Part shown: positions 18,798 through 29,584 of the stretch, one piece after another
Numbering within the stretch: the stretch's first letter is position 1
Layout of the letters: every line of letters starts with the position of its first letter
IMG/VR virus record: IMGVR_UViG_3300021138_001972
Coordinates: 23,335 to 87,334 of that record
Length of the DNA stretch: 64,000 nt
Direction: 5' to 3' (one strand)
Source of the DNA: a virus
The notes under the pieces: model-generated
What the model saw: the letters and a program-made list of their open reading frames with translations, nothing else
What the model was told of the DNA's origin: nothing
Databases searched by the model: none
Translations under genes and position numbers: made by a program

Positions 18798-20279
18798 ATG
18801 GCAAAAGCAACAACCAAAGCAAAAGCTCCAAAAGACACCAAGGTCAAGGTCACTGCAGACAGTGGATCGCAGGATCCTGTACGCTTGTATCTCAGGGAAG
18901 TGGGCAAGACTCCACTGCTGAACCATGCCAAAGAGATTGAGATCAGCAAAAGCATCGAGAGCAGCAAGCAGACCATCATGGACACGCTGTTTGCAGTGCC
19001 CATGACTGTGCAGACCATCGATGCTTGGATTGGAGAGATCCAACGGGGCGATAAAGCAGTTGACACTGTGTTTGATCTGGAAGGCGACGAGGATGGCAAT
19101 CTCAGCAGCGAGCTGGATGCACAGCTATCACATGTGCGAGAATTGTGTGCACAGTATCTGTCAGACACCAGCAAGAAAGCAGCCAAGGACGAACTGATTG
19201 CTGCTTTTAATGAACTGCATCTGCTGCCCGCCAGCATTGGTACCATCATGGAACGGCTACAAGAGACCAACAGGCGATTGTTGGAAGGCGACGGCGCTCT
19301 CATGCGCTTGGCCATGGACGCAGGAGTTGACCGCAGCGAGTTCCTGGACAAGTATGTGGGACATGAGCATATGTCGTGGCTGCAAGGTACCAAAGGCAAG
19401 GGCTGGGACAAGCTTAAACACAAAGCCAACGAGATTGGCAACTGGGTTGGCATGATGCAGGAACAGGCTGATTCAGCTGGACTGCCGGTGGGCGAGCTGC
19501 GCACAGCTGTGCGTGTGTTGCGCCATCAGAGCAAGGTCAAGGATGAAGCCATAGCTGCTATGACCAAGGCCAATCTGCGCTTGGTGATCTCAGTGGCCAA
19601 GAAGTATAACCAAAACAGCAATAACGGCGGGCAGCTGCTGGATCTGATCCAAGAGGGCAACATTGGCCTGCTCAAAGCAGTGGAGAAGTTCAAGTGGCAG
19701 CTGGGCTATCGTTTCTCTACCTATGCCACCTGGTGGATCAGACAGGCCATCATCAAGGCAGCCACAGAATCCAACAGAACAATCAGAATCCCGTCGCATG
19801 TGTTGGACACGCTCAAGAAGATACAGAAGGCCACCAAGGAGCATGTGTTCGTCACTGGGCATGAGCCCAGCGTGGAAGAGCTAGCCAAGATGCTGAGCTG
19901 TGATGTGGACAAGATCAATCGCACGCTGCGAGTGGCCAAGGATCCCATCTCCCTGGAGACGCCCGTGGGTGACGAGGAAGAAGGCAAGCTAGGCAATCTC
20001 ATCGAAGACACTGAAAGCGAGAATGCCTTTGAACAGATTGCCAAGGCAGAGATCACTGAGGTCATAGGTGATGTGCTGGAAGGGCTGAGCAGCAGAGAAG
20101 AGCGTGTGCTGCGCATGCGCTTTGGCATTGGCACCATGCGAGAGTACACCCTGGAAGAGATCGGCAATCGCTTCAATGTCACTCGCGAGCGCGTGCGGCA
20201 GATCGAAAACAAGGCATTGGAGAGATTGAAGAATCCTCAGCGGGCTCGCGACCTGCTCAGTGCTATCACCGACCAATGA
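18798..20279 (+). CDS. rpoD: RpoD-like primary sigma-70 factor lacking region 1.1
   Basis: DPVRLYLRE (1.2), ANLRLVISVAKKY, DLIQEGNIGL, FSTYATWWIRQAI, RTIRIP, PISLETP, TLEEIG..VTRERVRQIE; start ATG 18798 after AAGGGA. Confidence 0.9.
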   Translation: MAKATTKAKAPKDTKVKVTADSGSQDPVRLYLREVGKTPLLNHAKEIEISKSIESSKQTIMDTLFAVPMTVQTIDAWIGEIQRGDKAVDTVFDLEGDEDGNLSSELDAQLSHVRELCAQYLSDTSKKAAKDELIAAFNELHLLPASIGTIMERLQETNRRLLEGDGALMRLAMDAGVDRSEFLDKYVGHEHMSWLQGTKGKGWDKLKHKANEIGNWVGMMQEQADSAGLPVGELRTAVRVLRHQSKVKDEAIAAMTKANLRLVISVAKKYNQNSNNGGQLLDLIQEGNIGLLKAVEKFKWQLGYRFSTYATWWIRQAIIKAATESNRTIRIPSHVLDTLKKIQKATKEHVFVTGHEPSVEELAKMLSCDVDKINRTLRVAKDPISLETPVGDEEEGKLGNLIEDTESENAFEQIAKAEITEVIGDVLEGLSSREERVLRMRFGIGTMREYTLEEIGNRFNVTRERVRQIENKALERLKNPQRARDLLSAITDQ

Positions 20280-20791
20280 CGGGAGCAAGTGACATGGAAC
20301 ATGCGGCAGCTGAACGCTATCTCATTGAGTGGATAGTCAAGGATCTCAGCCTGCCGCATGAGCAGTTGGCTGGGCTCAGCAAGTGTCCATTCGCACGCAA
20401 GGCACATCTTGATGGCAAGGTTGAGTTCATCACAGTTCTTGGCGATGCGCTATCGGTGATCATGGCAGCTGCTGATGCCTGGGATGACAGCAGAGATGTC
20501 GTGGTGTTCATCATGCCAGACAGCATGCCATCCAGCGCATTATGGGCTTTGATGGATGCGCTGAACCAGGAATACATGCCGCGCGATCTAGTGGTCTTAG
20601 ATGATCACAAGGCAGAGCCAGAACAGCAGCTGGGTCTCAGTTTCAACAATGGCAGGTACAATCTGTTGATGATGCAGAGATTGAGCAAATTGGATCTAGC
20701 CAGCAGGAAGCTGAAGATGCTGGGCTACTACAAAAACTGGACCAAAGAGTACCTTGACCAGGTGGTAACTTGGAGATCAAGCAGGGCCTAG
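20276..20791 (+). CDS. hypothetical protein (DUF1415-like CPFA motif)
   Basis: WI..LS..CPFARKA; coupled to the sigma stop codon. Confidence 0.55.
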   Translation: MTGASDMEHAAAERYLIEWIVKDLSLPHEQLAGLSKCPFARKAHLDGKVEFITVLGDALSVIMAAADAWDDSRDVVVFIMPDSMPSSALWALMDALNQEYMPRDLVVLDDHKAEPEQQLGLSFNNGRYNLLMMQRLSKLDLASRKLKMLGYYKNWTKEYLDQVVTWRSSRA

Positions 20792-21199
20792 CAGCTCAAA
20801 CCCTGCTATCTTGCTCTTGTACTCATCCGCATCGCCTAGATAGAGATAGCTGTAGCCCAGTGATTTATAATAGGCACATTCATGCTCTAGGCTGCGTATG
20901 CCCAAGCGTAGTTTTGGTTCTGCATAGTCCCAGGCAAACTGTATGGCTTCCACGTTGCGATCATCATATCTGCGCAGCAAGCTGAATGCTATCACAGATT
21001 GCTGATTGTAATACACTATCACGTCGTTACGGGCATCTGTGTATTCGCTATCAAAGATGGGCATCACGCTGCGAAACTTCTTGTGTTTGCAGTATTGAAC
21101 ATAGATCTGCTGCAGCTGATCTATGTTTGGATCATTGACGAGCTTGGCATTGGGTCTCAGCTGGTAATCTGTGTGACACAGGTTTATTCGAGCGTACAT
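20777..21199 (-). CDS. GNAT-fold protein resembling the aminoacyl-tRNA-protein transferase C-terminal domain
   Basis: WDY..PKLRLG..SLEHE..LGYSYLYLG..YK pattern typical of ATE/Bpt C-domains. Confidence 0.5.
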   Translation of the reverse strand: MYARINLCHTDYQLRPNAKLVNDPNIDQLQQIYVQYCKHKKFRSVMPIFDSEYTDARNDVIVYYNQQSVIAFSLLRRYDDRNVEAIQFAWDYAEPKLRLGIRSLEHECAYYKSLGYSYLYLGDADEYKSKIAGFELLGPA

Positions 21200-22440
21200 C
21201 AGTAGCCGTTGTCAAATACCGGTCCTTGCCTGTCAGGAAAATAATCTTCCTGCGTGCCCTCCCGATTGAGATCCAGCGTGATGCAGTGCAGCCCACCGTC
21301 CCAGAACCATCGGTGGCGCCAAGGCACTATGATGGGCTCTATGTTATGCTTCTTGAAGAACTGAAATGCAGTCTCGTTGTAGTTGCTCACGCACACATGT
21401 CTTTCGTCCAACATCAACACATTAACGTCAAACACAGATTCCTCTGCATAGCCAACCCAGTCCTGAAGCCAAGTTTCCACGAATTCTGTGAATTCGTCAT
21501 TGTCTTCTTCTCCTGGTACCCACCATTTGCCCTGCACCTTGCGCTTCATCTTGAGGAATCCGCGCATCTTGTTCCAGCTTTGGTTTTCCAAATAGCAAAC
21601 GTCCCAGCCAGGGAAGGTCTCTGCGTAGTTCTGTATTTCTCTGAGGCTGATGATGGCGCCAGGTTTGAGAGTGTGAAATACGCCATCGTTATGCCCACCA
21701 ATGGTCAGACCATTTATGCGCACATCGCTGTGTGAGTTTATCAGATCGGTTTGCAGCGTATCCAACGGCGGCCTGGTATAATCTAGCATGTAATCTATGT
21801 AAAGGTCCCTACCAACCAGAGTCATGCTGGCAGCATCTATGGATGGCCTAAGCGTGTTGTGGTGTCTGAGGATGTCAGCTGCGATCTGTGCATCAACGGT
21901 GTTAAAATAATCTGGTTTGACATAATCTTCATAGTTACCCCAGCCCTGACCTGCTATCTCATGCCATAGCCATCTAGGAATGCTACGGGTTCTGCGTTTG
22001 ATATCTTCGCTGCTATTTGCTATGCCTATCACCAGATTCACATACGAATCTATGTGGCTCTCATATCTGTAGAGTTCCTGCATGATTGAACCATGATCGG
22101 TGTTGGTCATGTAAAGCTTATCTCCGATCACCAGCTGAGTATCTCTGGGTTGCAACGGTGCGCGAGGTACACCCTGACCTCCGTTTATCTGGCCGCGGGC
22201 GTTAATATTATCCATTATGCTGATGTGCGGGTTCAATCTGGGACGCAGAACCGTAGCACCATAATCTTTGAGCACTTTTTGGAAACCTTCTAGGTCTTCT
22301 TGTGTGTCGTCGGCTATGCGTTGCAAGGCTGACCGTATCCGTGTATTCTTGATATCTTTGAAAAAGCTGCTGCTGTAACATTCACCTAATAGCACCACTT
22401 TCAACGGATGCCACTTGCACCAAACATTGTATCCAGACAT
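21199..22440 (-). CDS. amidinotransferase (pentein) family
   Basis: PRD, GHNDG, FDVN, WDGGLHCITLD catalytic Cys. Confidence 0.8.
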   Translation of the reverse strand: MSGYNVWCKWHPLKVVLLGECYSSSFFKDIKNTRIRSALQRIADDTQEDLEGFQKVLKDYGATVLRPRLNPHISIMDNINARGQINGGQGVPRAPLQPRDTQLVIGDKLYMTNTDHGSIMQELYRYESHIDSYVNLVIGIANSSEDIKRRTRSIPRWLWHEIAGQGWGNYEDYVKPDYFNTVDAQIAADILRHHNTLRPSIDAASMTLVGRDLYIDYMLDYTRPPLDTLQTDLINSHSDVRINGLTIGGHNDGVFHTLKPGAIISLREIQNYAETFPGWDVCYLENQSWNKMRGFLKMKRKVQGKWWVPGEEDNDEFTEFVETWLQDWVGYAEESVFDVNVLMLDERHVCVSNYNETAFQFFKKHNIEPIIVPWRHRWFWDGGLHCITLDLNREGTQEDYFPDRQGPVFDNGY

Positions 22441-22520
22441 TGTCGCACTCCACAGTTGATTGAGTAATTATGTGTCGCGGAACTGGCAGAATCTATCTAT
22501 GACTATCTGCGAGAGTGTCT

Positions 22521-23060
22521 TTATGCACCACTCAAACGGTGATTTATCACATCCCAGTCCACGCAGCGCCAGATCTTGCTGAGGAATGCATCCTTATCCC
22601 ATTCATAATCCAACGCATAGGTATGTTCCCAGAAGTCTATAGCAATCAGGATGTCGCGCCGTATCTTGTGGTTTGGTATGGTCTTGATCTCGCCGCGCTT
22701 GCTGAGGTATACCCAACCAGATCCCTGTATGCTTTTGGCAGCCTTGGCTATCTCCAGCTTGAAGTTATCGTAGCTGCGGAAGTTATCTTCTATCAGCTTG
22801 AGCGCAGCACCCACGGGACGGTTAGGTACCTTGGGTGTTCGGAACTGAGCCCAAAATATGGCATGCAGGAAAGCACCAGCTTCGTTGAAATCCGGATCGC
22901 CCTCGCCAGAATTAAACCTATCCACATAGCCTTTGGTGAGGTGATCATAGTGATATATCACGGTGGCTTTGCTCATCACTGGTTCCAGCGCATCGCGAGC
23001 ATATGGCAAGGGTTCAAGGGTTAGTTTTTCTTTGGTTTCGTTGAGCTGGGTGAGTTTCAT
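22521..23060 (-). CDS. Fe/Mn superoxide dismutase
   Basis: LPYARDALEP, metal ligands H..H..DFWEH, QGSGW; start ATG 23060, 6 nt after TAAATA. Confidence 0.9.
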   Translation of the reverse strand: MKLTQLNETKEKLTLEPLPYARDALEPVMSKATVIYHYDHLTKGYVDRFNSGEGDPDFNEAGAFLHAIFWAQFRTPKVPNRPVGAALKLIEDNFRSYDNFKLEIAKAAKSIQGSGWVYLSKRGEIKTIPNHKIRRDILIAIDFWEHTYALDYEWDKDAFLSKIWRCVDWDVINHRLSGA

Positions 23061-23136
23061 GCGGATATTTATCGCAGAGATTTCGCTTGTGCTCTGCGAA
23101 ATCTGTGCTAATATAACAGGGTAATCGGAGAGAAAC

Positions 23137-25182
23137 ATGCGTAATTTCATTGCCATTATGTTGCTTTTGCTAGCTGGTCCGGCCGCTGCACAGACATTTA
23201 CACAGGGCTATTACGTGCCCATCGGTCAATATTATGTGAGTTGGGCGTTGCCCACTATAAATCTCAGCGCAGCGCAGTCTCGAGGATTGACTGGAAAGGG
23301 TATCACGGTTGCTGTATTTGATACTGGGCTTACCAACAGTTACAAGTTCCTGGGCAACACAGCGGGTCCCAGTTACAACATCTACACGGGCGGCGCTGTA
23401 AACAGCGACGGCAACGGGCACGGTACTTTCGTTAGCAGCATCATCGCTGCTAACACGCAGACACAGCCTGGACAGATGACCATGTACGGCGTGGCATCAA
23501 GTGCTAAGATCATGCCCATCCAGGTCATGGATAGCACAGGGTCTGGCACATGGACTGATCAACAGTTGGCCAACGGTATCACCTTTGCTACCAACAATGG
23601 TGCCAAGGTTTTTAACAATAGCTGGGGCAGCAACCTCATGCAGAGCCAGGTCAACACTGCCACGGTATTGAGCCAGAACGCTCGGACTATCGCAGCCTAT
23701 GAGAACGCTGCTGCACACGGTGCGGTCACGGTGTTCGCTGCAGGCAATTACAGCACGACCAGTCCCGATTATTATGCAACCTTGCCCAGCATTGACAGCA
23801 AGCTAGCTGGCACGTGGTTGGTGGCTGTGGCAACTGATACCAATGGTGCTATCGCCAGCTACAGCAACCAATGCGGCATAGCCAAGGCCTATTGTCTGGC
23901 AGCACCCGGCAGCAACATACTGGGAATATACGGCACACAGCTGGCTATCGGTAGTGGCACCAGCTTTGCTGCACCAATGGTAGCAGGCGGCGTGGCACTG
24001 CTGGAACAGGAATGGCCCTATCTCACAGGCAGCCAGATCACCAGCATCCTCTTGCGCACAGCTACCAAGACAGGTATCTATGCCAACTCCAACATCTACG
24101 GCCAAGGCATGATGAACTTGGCCGCGGCAACTGCACCACAGGGCACTGTCGTGGTCCCAACCGGAGCAACTGTGGCAAGCGGTGCAGTGCCTCTGAACCA
24201 GAGTGGCCTCAGCCTTCCTGCGGGATTTGGCAAGATAGCCGCAGCTGGCAACAGCATGATGGTGCTGGATGATTACGGTCGTGCCTACAGCGTGAGCATG
24301 AGCAGCATGGTCGGTGGCACACAAAGCTGGGTCAACATGGACACACAGATGGCACGCTTTGGTGCTGATCAAACTATCACTGAGCTACCGGGTGGGTGGA
24401 AGCTTGGATTAGTAGATGATGCTAATCTCGCCGAGCACGCAACTGTGCCAACGGCTATAGCAGGACTGGGTAACCCATATCTCAGCATGGGCATGGATCA
24501 GAAGATGGTGGCGAGCACACCTAGTATGACCACTTGGTTCAGCACACATACCTATGCAGCAGGAGATGATCAATCACTGATGGGCACTGCTACCCAACCC
24601 AGCATTGCAGGCGCACTCTATCGCTGGGGCGATCTACAGCTAGGCTTGGTACACGAATCTAATAGCATCTACGGGCAGCAGGTTGCAGCAGGATCAAGCA
24701 TGGCGACCAGTGCAGACACTGCATTCGTTGCACTAGATCGTGGACTATCTCTGGGCAGTGGTTTCAGCCTGGATCTCAGTGCCAGCATCGGTTACAGCAA
24801 ACTGGGTGGTACTAACCAACTGGTAGATAACATGAGCCAGATCGTGTTGGCCAGTGCAGCTGTGGGATTCAGCAAGAGCGCAGTGTTCAGTGACAGCGAT
24901 CGCCTAGGCGTGGTTGCGAGCATGCCAAACCATACAGTCAGTGGTAGCGCAGTGCTAAATGTGCCCGCGAGTCGCGACATGGACGGTAACATCACTTATC
25001 AGTCACAGACACTGGATTTGGTTGGTACTGGTACCGAAACTGACCTGCAAGCATACTGGACCAATAGCTTCCGCCAAGGCAACAAGCTCAGCCTAGCAGC
25101 TGGCGTGCGCTTGCAACCAGACGGCAATGCTGATGCTGCACCAGATGGCATTGCTATGCTGCGTTGGAATTTACAGTTTTGA
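23137..25182 (+). CDS. secreted S8 subtilase with beta-barrel-like C-terminus
   Basis: signal peptide; FDTG, HGT, FAAGN, GTSFAAP triad; ends in WNLQF. Confidence 0.85.
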   Translation: MRNFIAIMLLLLAGPAAAQTFTQGYYVPIGQYYVSWALPTINLSAAQSRGLTGKGITVAVFDTGLTNSYKFLGNTAGPSYNIYTGGAVNSDGNGHGTFVSSIIAANTQTQPGQMTMYGVASSAKIMPIQVMDSTGSGTWTDQQLANGITFATNNGAKVFNNSWGSNLMQSQVNTATVLSQNARTIAAYENAAAHGAVTVFAAGNYSTTSPDYYATLPSIDSKLAGTWLVAVATDTNGAIASYSNQCGIAKAYCLAAPGSNILGIYGTQLAIGSGTSFAAPMVAGGVALLEQEWPYLTGSQITSILLRTATKTGIYANSNIYGQGMMNLAAATAPQGTVVVPTGATVASGAVPLNQSGLSLPAGFGKIAAAGNSMMVLDDYGRAYSVSMSSMVGGTQSWVNMDTQMARFGADQTITELPGGWKLGLVDDANLAEHATVPTAIAGLGNPYLSMGMDQKMVASTPSMTTWFSTHTYAAGDDQSLMGTATQPSIAGALYRWGDLQLGLVHESNSIYGQQVAAGSSMATSADTAFVALDRGLSLGSGFSLDLSASIGYSKLGGTNQLVDNMSQIVLASAAVGFSKSAVFSDSDRLGVVASMPNHTVSGSAVLNVPASRDMDGNITYQSQTLDLVGTGTETDLQAYWTNSFRQGNKLSLAAGVRLQPDGNADAAPDGIAMLRWNLQF

Positions 25183-25218
25183 ATCAAGCTGATCGTACAC
25201 TGCGATCAAGGAGATCCA

Positions 25219-25440
25219 GTGATGATCAATGAAAAGGCACCAAAGAACCGCGTTTACATAGAATGCAGTGACACTGCACGGCGAGTCAAAGGTACCATAA
25301 TACGCAAGGAACTGGCAGAGCTGGAGGTAGAGATGCCCACTGGATTTGTGATGAAAATGAAGCGCAAGAACAAGCGTAGCCCATTCATCATGCGTTTAGG
25401 CTTATTAGAATTCTACAGTGATGGCAAGGAAATCAGTTAA
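25219..25440 (+). CDS. hypothetical protein
   Basis: 73-aa ORF with AAGGAG RBS. Confidence 0.6.
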   Translation: MMINEKAPKNRVYIECSDTARRVKGTIIRKELAELEVEMPTGFVMKMKRKNKRSPFIMRLGLLEFYSDGKEIS

Positions 25441-25802
25441 ACGGTTACTGTAGAACCAGTGAACACGAAACTGGTATAACCTTTCTGGCTATAGATGAAC
25501 AGGCTCTCACCGCTAGCTAGATTTATATCCTGTAGCTGTGCTACTTGATTAGGCGGTACCTGCGTGTCATACATCACGTATCCAGTCTGATACAGTATTA
25601 GATTTGAACTCAGTCCTACTCTGATATAATCAGTGTCCCGTCCTAGATCAATAGGTATGCTACCATTGTCAACCTGAGGATTGCCTTGGTTGACTATCAG
25701 CAGCTGGCCTTGCACACCTAGATTGCTGCCATAAGGGGCAGTGTACATCCTTACGGTGTCGTATTGCGATGGCTTTAGCTCTTGGAATATCTGGAACGTC
25801 AT
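25437..25802 (-). CDS. hypothetical beta-rich (possibly virion) protein
   Basis: ORF with GAGG RBS; beta-strand-rich. Confidence 0.55.
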   Translation of the reverse strand: MTFQIFQELKPSQYDTVRMYTAPYGSNLGVQGQLLIVNQGNPQVDNGSIPIDLGRDTDYIRVGLSSNLILYQTGYVMYDTQVPPNQVAQLQDINLASGESLFIYSQKGYTSFVFTGSTVTV

Positions 25803-25827
25803 TGATACCTCTGGCAGTATTTAACTG

Positions 25828-26490
25828 CTATACCAGTCCGGCTTTGACCATACCGTGGTTGAAACTTACCGTACCCAGATGCTGCAGCTCACGGCTGAGC
25901 GCATCGTCGATCAGTATCTCGTAGCCTAGCTTGATTGCCTGCTGGCAGAAATAGAAATCTTCGCCCATGTGATCCTGTGTCTCGGGTATCCATGTGGTTT
26001 GGAAACGAGGTCTGGCCATCTGCTGTATCACGTCTGTCTTGACTAACATGCAGCCCATGCCCACTGCTGCTACGCTGATGAGGTCTTGCTTGCCGTCATT
26101 GATCACATAGCTGCGCCAGTCATGCATCTCACGGTATGCCACTGTCTTGTGCGGATATTGCCGTGTGACATAGTTTCCTGCTACCACGGCTGCATCATGC
26201 GCTAGCAATCTCTGTATAGTATCAGGCGGGAACATCATATCACTGTCTAACCACATGATGTGAGTGCTGCCTGCTTCAATAGCCATCTCAGCAAGCTGAT
26301 CGCGCTGGTTTACGATCAGAGTTCCTATGCAGAAATGTGGTGTAACTTCTGTGCCAATCATCTGGCAATGCTGCATGAGCTTGGCTAGATCAAAAGCAAA
26401 TGCTGCGTGCACTGTATCGCGGCAGGGCACACAGATGCTGATCTTGGCAGGTTGGATGCGTCCTAGCGCACGCTTCATCATGCCTGACAT
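25828..26490 (-). CDS. GT-A fold glycosyltransferase (GT2-like)
   Basis: LDSDM DxD motif, GMGCMLVK, GEDFYFC, H.G. Confidence 0.8.
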   Translation of the reverse strand: MSGMMKRALGRIQPAKISICVPCRDTVHAAFAFDLAKLMQHCQMIGTEVTPHFCIGTLIVNQRDQLAEMAIEAGSTHIMWLDSDMMFPPDTIQRLLAHDAAVVAGNYVTRQYPHKTVAYREMHDWRSYVINDGKQDLISVAAVGMGCMLVKTDVIQQMARPRFQTTWIPETQDHMGEDFYFCQQAIKLGYEILIDDALSRELQHLGTVSFNHGMVKAGLV

Positions 26491-26493
26491 GTG

Positions 26494-27213
26494 TTACTTT
26501 TTCTTCTTTTTCTTCTTTTTCTCTTTGCTGTCAGCGTCCGATGCAGCTTCCACCGCTTCAAACATCTTATCGCGTAGCTCGGCCATCTCAGCTACTGCAT
26601 CTGGCAACACTTCCGGAGCCTGGGTCGGCATGCTAGGAGGTCTATTCACAGCAACGCTGTTCTCAGCCTGTTCTGCAGTCTTCTTGAGGAATCCAGCGAA
26701 TTGATTGGTGATGATCACGCTCTTCTTGTAGTCAGCCAATGGCAGCATACTGGCCTGCATGAGGCTGGACTTACTGGCTTGCTTGTCCGTGAGCACTTCT
26801 ACACCTATTTCGCGTCCCAGCGTCTCGCTCCAGCTATCACCTTCGTTGAGCTCCAGCCCGCGTATGACATCTTCAAATTCACTGTCGTCGTAGACATCTA
26901 ACCATGCATCGACCTGCGCCATCTGCTGCACCAGATCGCTGCGGTCGCGATTTAGCTGATTGTTATTGGCTGCTACTATACGAGCCTGTATGGCCTGTTC
27001 GTTGGTATCGACTATTCGGGACACTGCATATTCTGCCAGCTCTATCTCTGCGGCGATCTTGTCAATAGCGTCTGCTAGGCTTTCCTTCTGCCTCAGCGCA
27101 TAGCGCATCTGTCGATGCCAGCTACCCTGTGATTCTATCTCGAAATTGCGGAATTCATAATCAGTCCTGCTGGGAATCTTATCCAACAGCTCTCGAGTCT
27201 TTGCGATATCCAT
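26494..27213 (-). CDS. hypothetical coiled-coil protein with poly-Lys tail
   Basis: ATG 27213 after GGAG; ends EKKKKKKKK. Confidence 0.65.
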   Translation of the reverse strand: MDIAKTRELLDKIPSRTDYEFRNFEIESQGSWHRQMRYALRQKESLADAIDKIAAEIELAEYAVSRIVDTNEQAIQARIVAANNNQLNRDRSDLVQQMAQVDAWLDVYDDSEFEDVIRGLELNEGDSWSETLGREIGVEVLTDKQASKSSLMQASMLPLADYKKSVIITNQFAGFLKKTAEQAENSVAVNRPPSMPTQAPEVLPDAVAEMAELRDKMFEAVEAASDADSKEKKKKKKKK

Positions 27214-27272
27214 GTCAGTCTCCGGTGTGAACTCACTAGAGTTTAGGCACCGTTGCACATAAGGTCAAGTTA

Positions 27273-27482
27273 TCAAACGTAATTGAAAGGTCCAACCCTG
27301 CCGCCAAAGGTAGCGCTCAATGGCGTTATCTGGCCTGCAGTACGCAGGCCTGATTTGGTAACACCTAGCACAGCATTGAGGCTTACATTGGTGCTGGCTG
27401 CCGGTAATGCACCAGCTGTGTAAGCCGCCCATACGCCACCCATCCTGATTGCAGTGCCTGTAGCTGGGATTGCGGTTACCAT
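27273..27482 (-). CDS. small putative fibre-associated protein
   Basis: IPATGTAIRMG..LSATFGG, G/T/A-rich; GAGG RBS. Confidence 0.5.
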   Translation of the reverse strand: MVTAIPATGTAIRMGGVWAAYTAGALPAASTNVSLNAVLGVTKSGLRTAGQITPLSATFGGRVGPFNYV

Positions 27483-27567
27483 TGATACCTCATGCCGTGA
27501 TCACAGATTATATCAGTTATGTAGCCTGAAAGTCTATCTACCTGCTGCTTTTTCATCGCTCGAGTTC

Positions 27568-29022
27568 TCACGGATGTGTATCTTTGTAAGCAGAAAAATC
27601 AGCTGCGAGCGCATCGTGCTTGGCATTCAGCTCCTGTAGAGCCTTGACCAACAGAGGTATCAGTGCTGTTTCACCAAGACCCAAGAATGGTTCTGCTGTG
27701 CCATCTAACAGCGTAGTACTGTTCTCATACACGATGCTATCAATGTAAGCGGTGTCTTTCAACACTGTCTGTACATCTTGTGCTATAAAACCAACCTTGG
27801 TACCTTGGGTGAAGTTGTGCACCGGATGCGGCTTCCAATCAAAGGTCACAGGATTGAGGCTCATCACCATGTCCAGAGTCGATCCCAGAGGCGTGATGTT
27901 ATCTTTATACTGTTGGTCAGATGTAGCTATAGTTGCACTTGTAGCAAAGATTTGGCTGTTAACCTGCAATCGATAATTGCCGTTGGATGCAGTGTATCCT
28001 ATCAATAGGTTACCAGCATTGCCAGTGGCAGGGAATGCTTGTACCAATCGCATCTGTTCAGTGTAGACTTCTGCACCAACAGTGCCACTGTAAGTACTGA
28101 ACACTAATGCATTGCCGAATCCAATACCAATGTTGCTGCCGCCCGATGCGCTGTTAGCAAATTGTATGCCGCCTGCATTGGTTCCAGCACCATCTACAAC
28201 TATAGTAGCTGTGCTGCCAGATGGCAGTGTTGTTGGTCCAACTAGTAGATTGCCTTGCCCACTGAGCTGCATGATATTAGTGGTTCCGGCGTACCATTTG
28301 AACTGACGTGTGGTAACAGTGCTTGGTATGCTGTACCATAGCGTGCCGCTTTCTATGCCCAGGGCAAAGTCAGTGGCTGCTGGGCCAATAGCTGGATATA
28401 ACAGCAGTTTGGTTCCCGCTGACCGTGTGGTAAACGTTGGAGCAGCTATACCGTTGACGTTCCATGCAATGCTGTTCTGCACAGCATTGGTCAGTGATAT
28501 GTTGCTACCGGCCACTATTACGTTGCTGCCAACGAATAAGTTGCCTGCTATGCCGGCACCGCCTGTGGTCTGTATCGCACCACTCACAGTCGATGTAGCT
28601 GCTGCAGTGTTGAATACTATGACAGCATTGGTTACGGTGCCGCCGTTCCAAGTAGGACCTGTTTCACCGATAGGACCAGTAGGACCTATGTAACCTGTTG
28701 GACCAGTGATACTTGGACCAGTTGGACCTGTGTATCCGATTGGTCCGGGTACCGTGCTGGTAGCACCAGTTGGGCCAGTTGCACCTGTGTTAGCTGCTGT
28801 ACCTGCTGCACCAGTAGCACCTCTGAGGCCAGTAGGACCAGTTGCACCAGTGTTCACTGCCGTACCAGCGATGCCTTGCGGGCCCTGCACGCCTGTGGGG
28901 CCAGTTGCACCAGTGTTTACTGCTGTACCTGGGGTGCCGCTTGGACCCGTAGGCCCTCCTAGCGGGCCGGTTGGGCCAGTAGGTCCTTGTATGTCTACCA
29001 CGGGATAAGAATAAACGCTCAT
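27568..29022 (-). CDS. collagen-like fibre protein with C-terminal intramolecular chaperone (peptidase S74)
   Basis: G-X-T triplets, then [30 protein letters not shown]. Confidence 0.85.
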   Translation of the reverse strand: MSVYSYPVVDIQGPTGPTGPLGGPTGPSGTPGTAVNTGATGPTGVQGPQGIAGTAVNTGATGPTGLRGATGAAGTAANTGATGPTGATSTVPGPIGYTGPTGPSITGPTGYIGPTGPIGETGPTWNGGTVTNAVIVFNTAAATSTVSGAIQTTGGAGIAGNLFVGSNVIVAGSNISLTNAVQNSIAWNVNGIAAPTFTTRSAGTKLLLYPAIGPAATDFALGIESGTLWYSIPSTVTTRQFKWYAGTTNIMQLSGQGNLLVGPTTLPSGSTATIVVDGAGTNAGGIQFANSASGGSNIGIGFGNALVFSTYSGTVGAEVYTEQMRLVQAFPATGNAGNLLIGYTASNGNYRLQVNSQIFATSATIATSDQQYKDNITPLGSTLDMVMSLNPVTFDWKPHPVHNFTQGTKVGFIAQDVQTVLKDTAYIDSIVYENSTTLLDGTAEPFLGLGETALIPLLVKALQELNAKHDALAADFSAYKDTHP

Positions 29023-29047
29023 GAGCACTCGCAGGATTGATCTTGGA

Positions 29048-29064
29048 TATTTAGCCCATAAATA
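29048..29064. promoter_or_regulatory. back-to-back TAAATA late-type promoters
   Basis: TATTTA (29048-29053) and TAAATA (29059-29064) between divergent genes; ATG follows 5 nt later at 29070. Confidence 0.65.
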
Positions 29065-29069
29065 TCTGC

Positions 29070-29546
29070 ATGGTCTACTATCCTTTACCTCTGACACCGC
29101 CGGGCGTGAACATCCGACAGGACTACAGTCCTACCAATCAATACACCATACCGCAATCTCAGACGGATTGCTGGCCCATGCGCTTGGCGCCAGACTGGCA
29201 GCAGTGTGTGATAGCTGCAAATCAAAGCACATTTTGGAGCCAGCAACAGGGTACCATGCTGCTGTGGCTCAGCATAGACCCCAATGGCATCAACGTGATC
29301 CCGCCAGGATTTGCTGGCAATCGCATCAATCTCAACGGTCTGGGCAACACTGTGTGCTACTATGCTGACACTCTCAGCGCCGATCAGATAAAACCTGCGC
29401 AGGCTGCATGGCCTCTGAACGTGAACCAGCTGGGCACTGGATCAATTCCCGCATACTGGTTGAATATACAGAACATCGACAACACTCAGAACGCCTACTA
29501 TCTGCAGTTCCACTACTACAACCAGTACACCTTCTTCATACAATAA
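29070..29546 (+). CDS. hypothetical protein
   Basis: 158-aa ORF, leaderless after TAAATA. Confidence 0.65.
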   Translation: MVYYPLPLTPPGVNIRQDYSPTNQYTIPQSQTDCWPMRLAPDWQQCVIAANQSTFWSQQQGTMLLWLSIDPNGINVIPPGFAGNRINLNGLGNTVCYYADTLSADQIKPAQAAWPLNVNQLGTGSIPAYWLNIQNIDNTQNAYYLQFHYYNQYTFFIQ

Positions 29547-29584
29547 CGGTAGACAGTGTGTCATAATCATGCTATATTTCTAGC

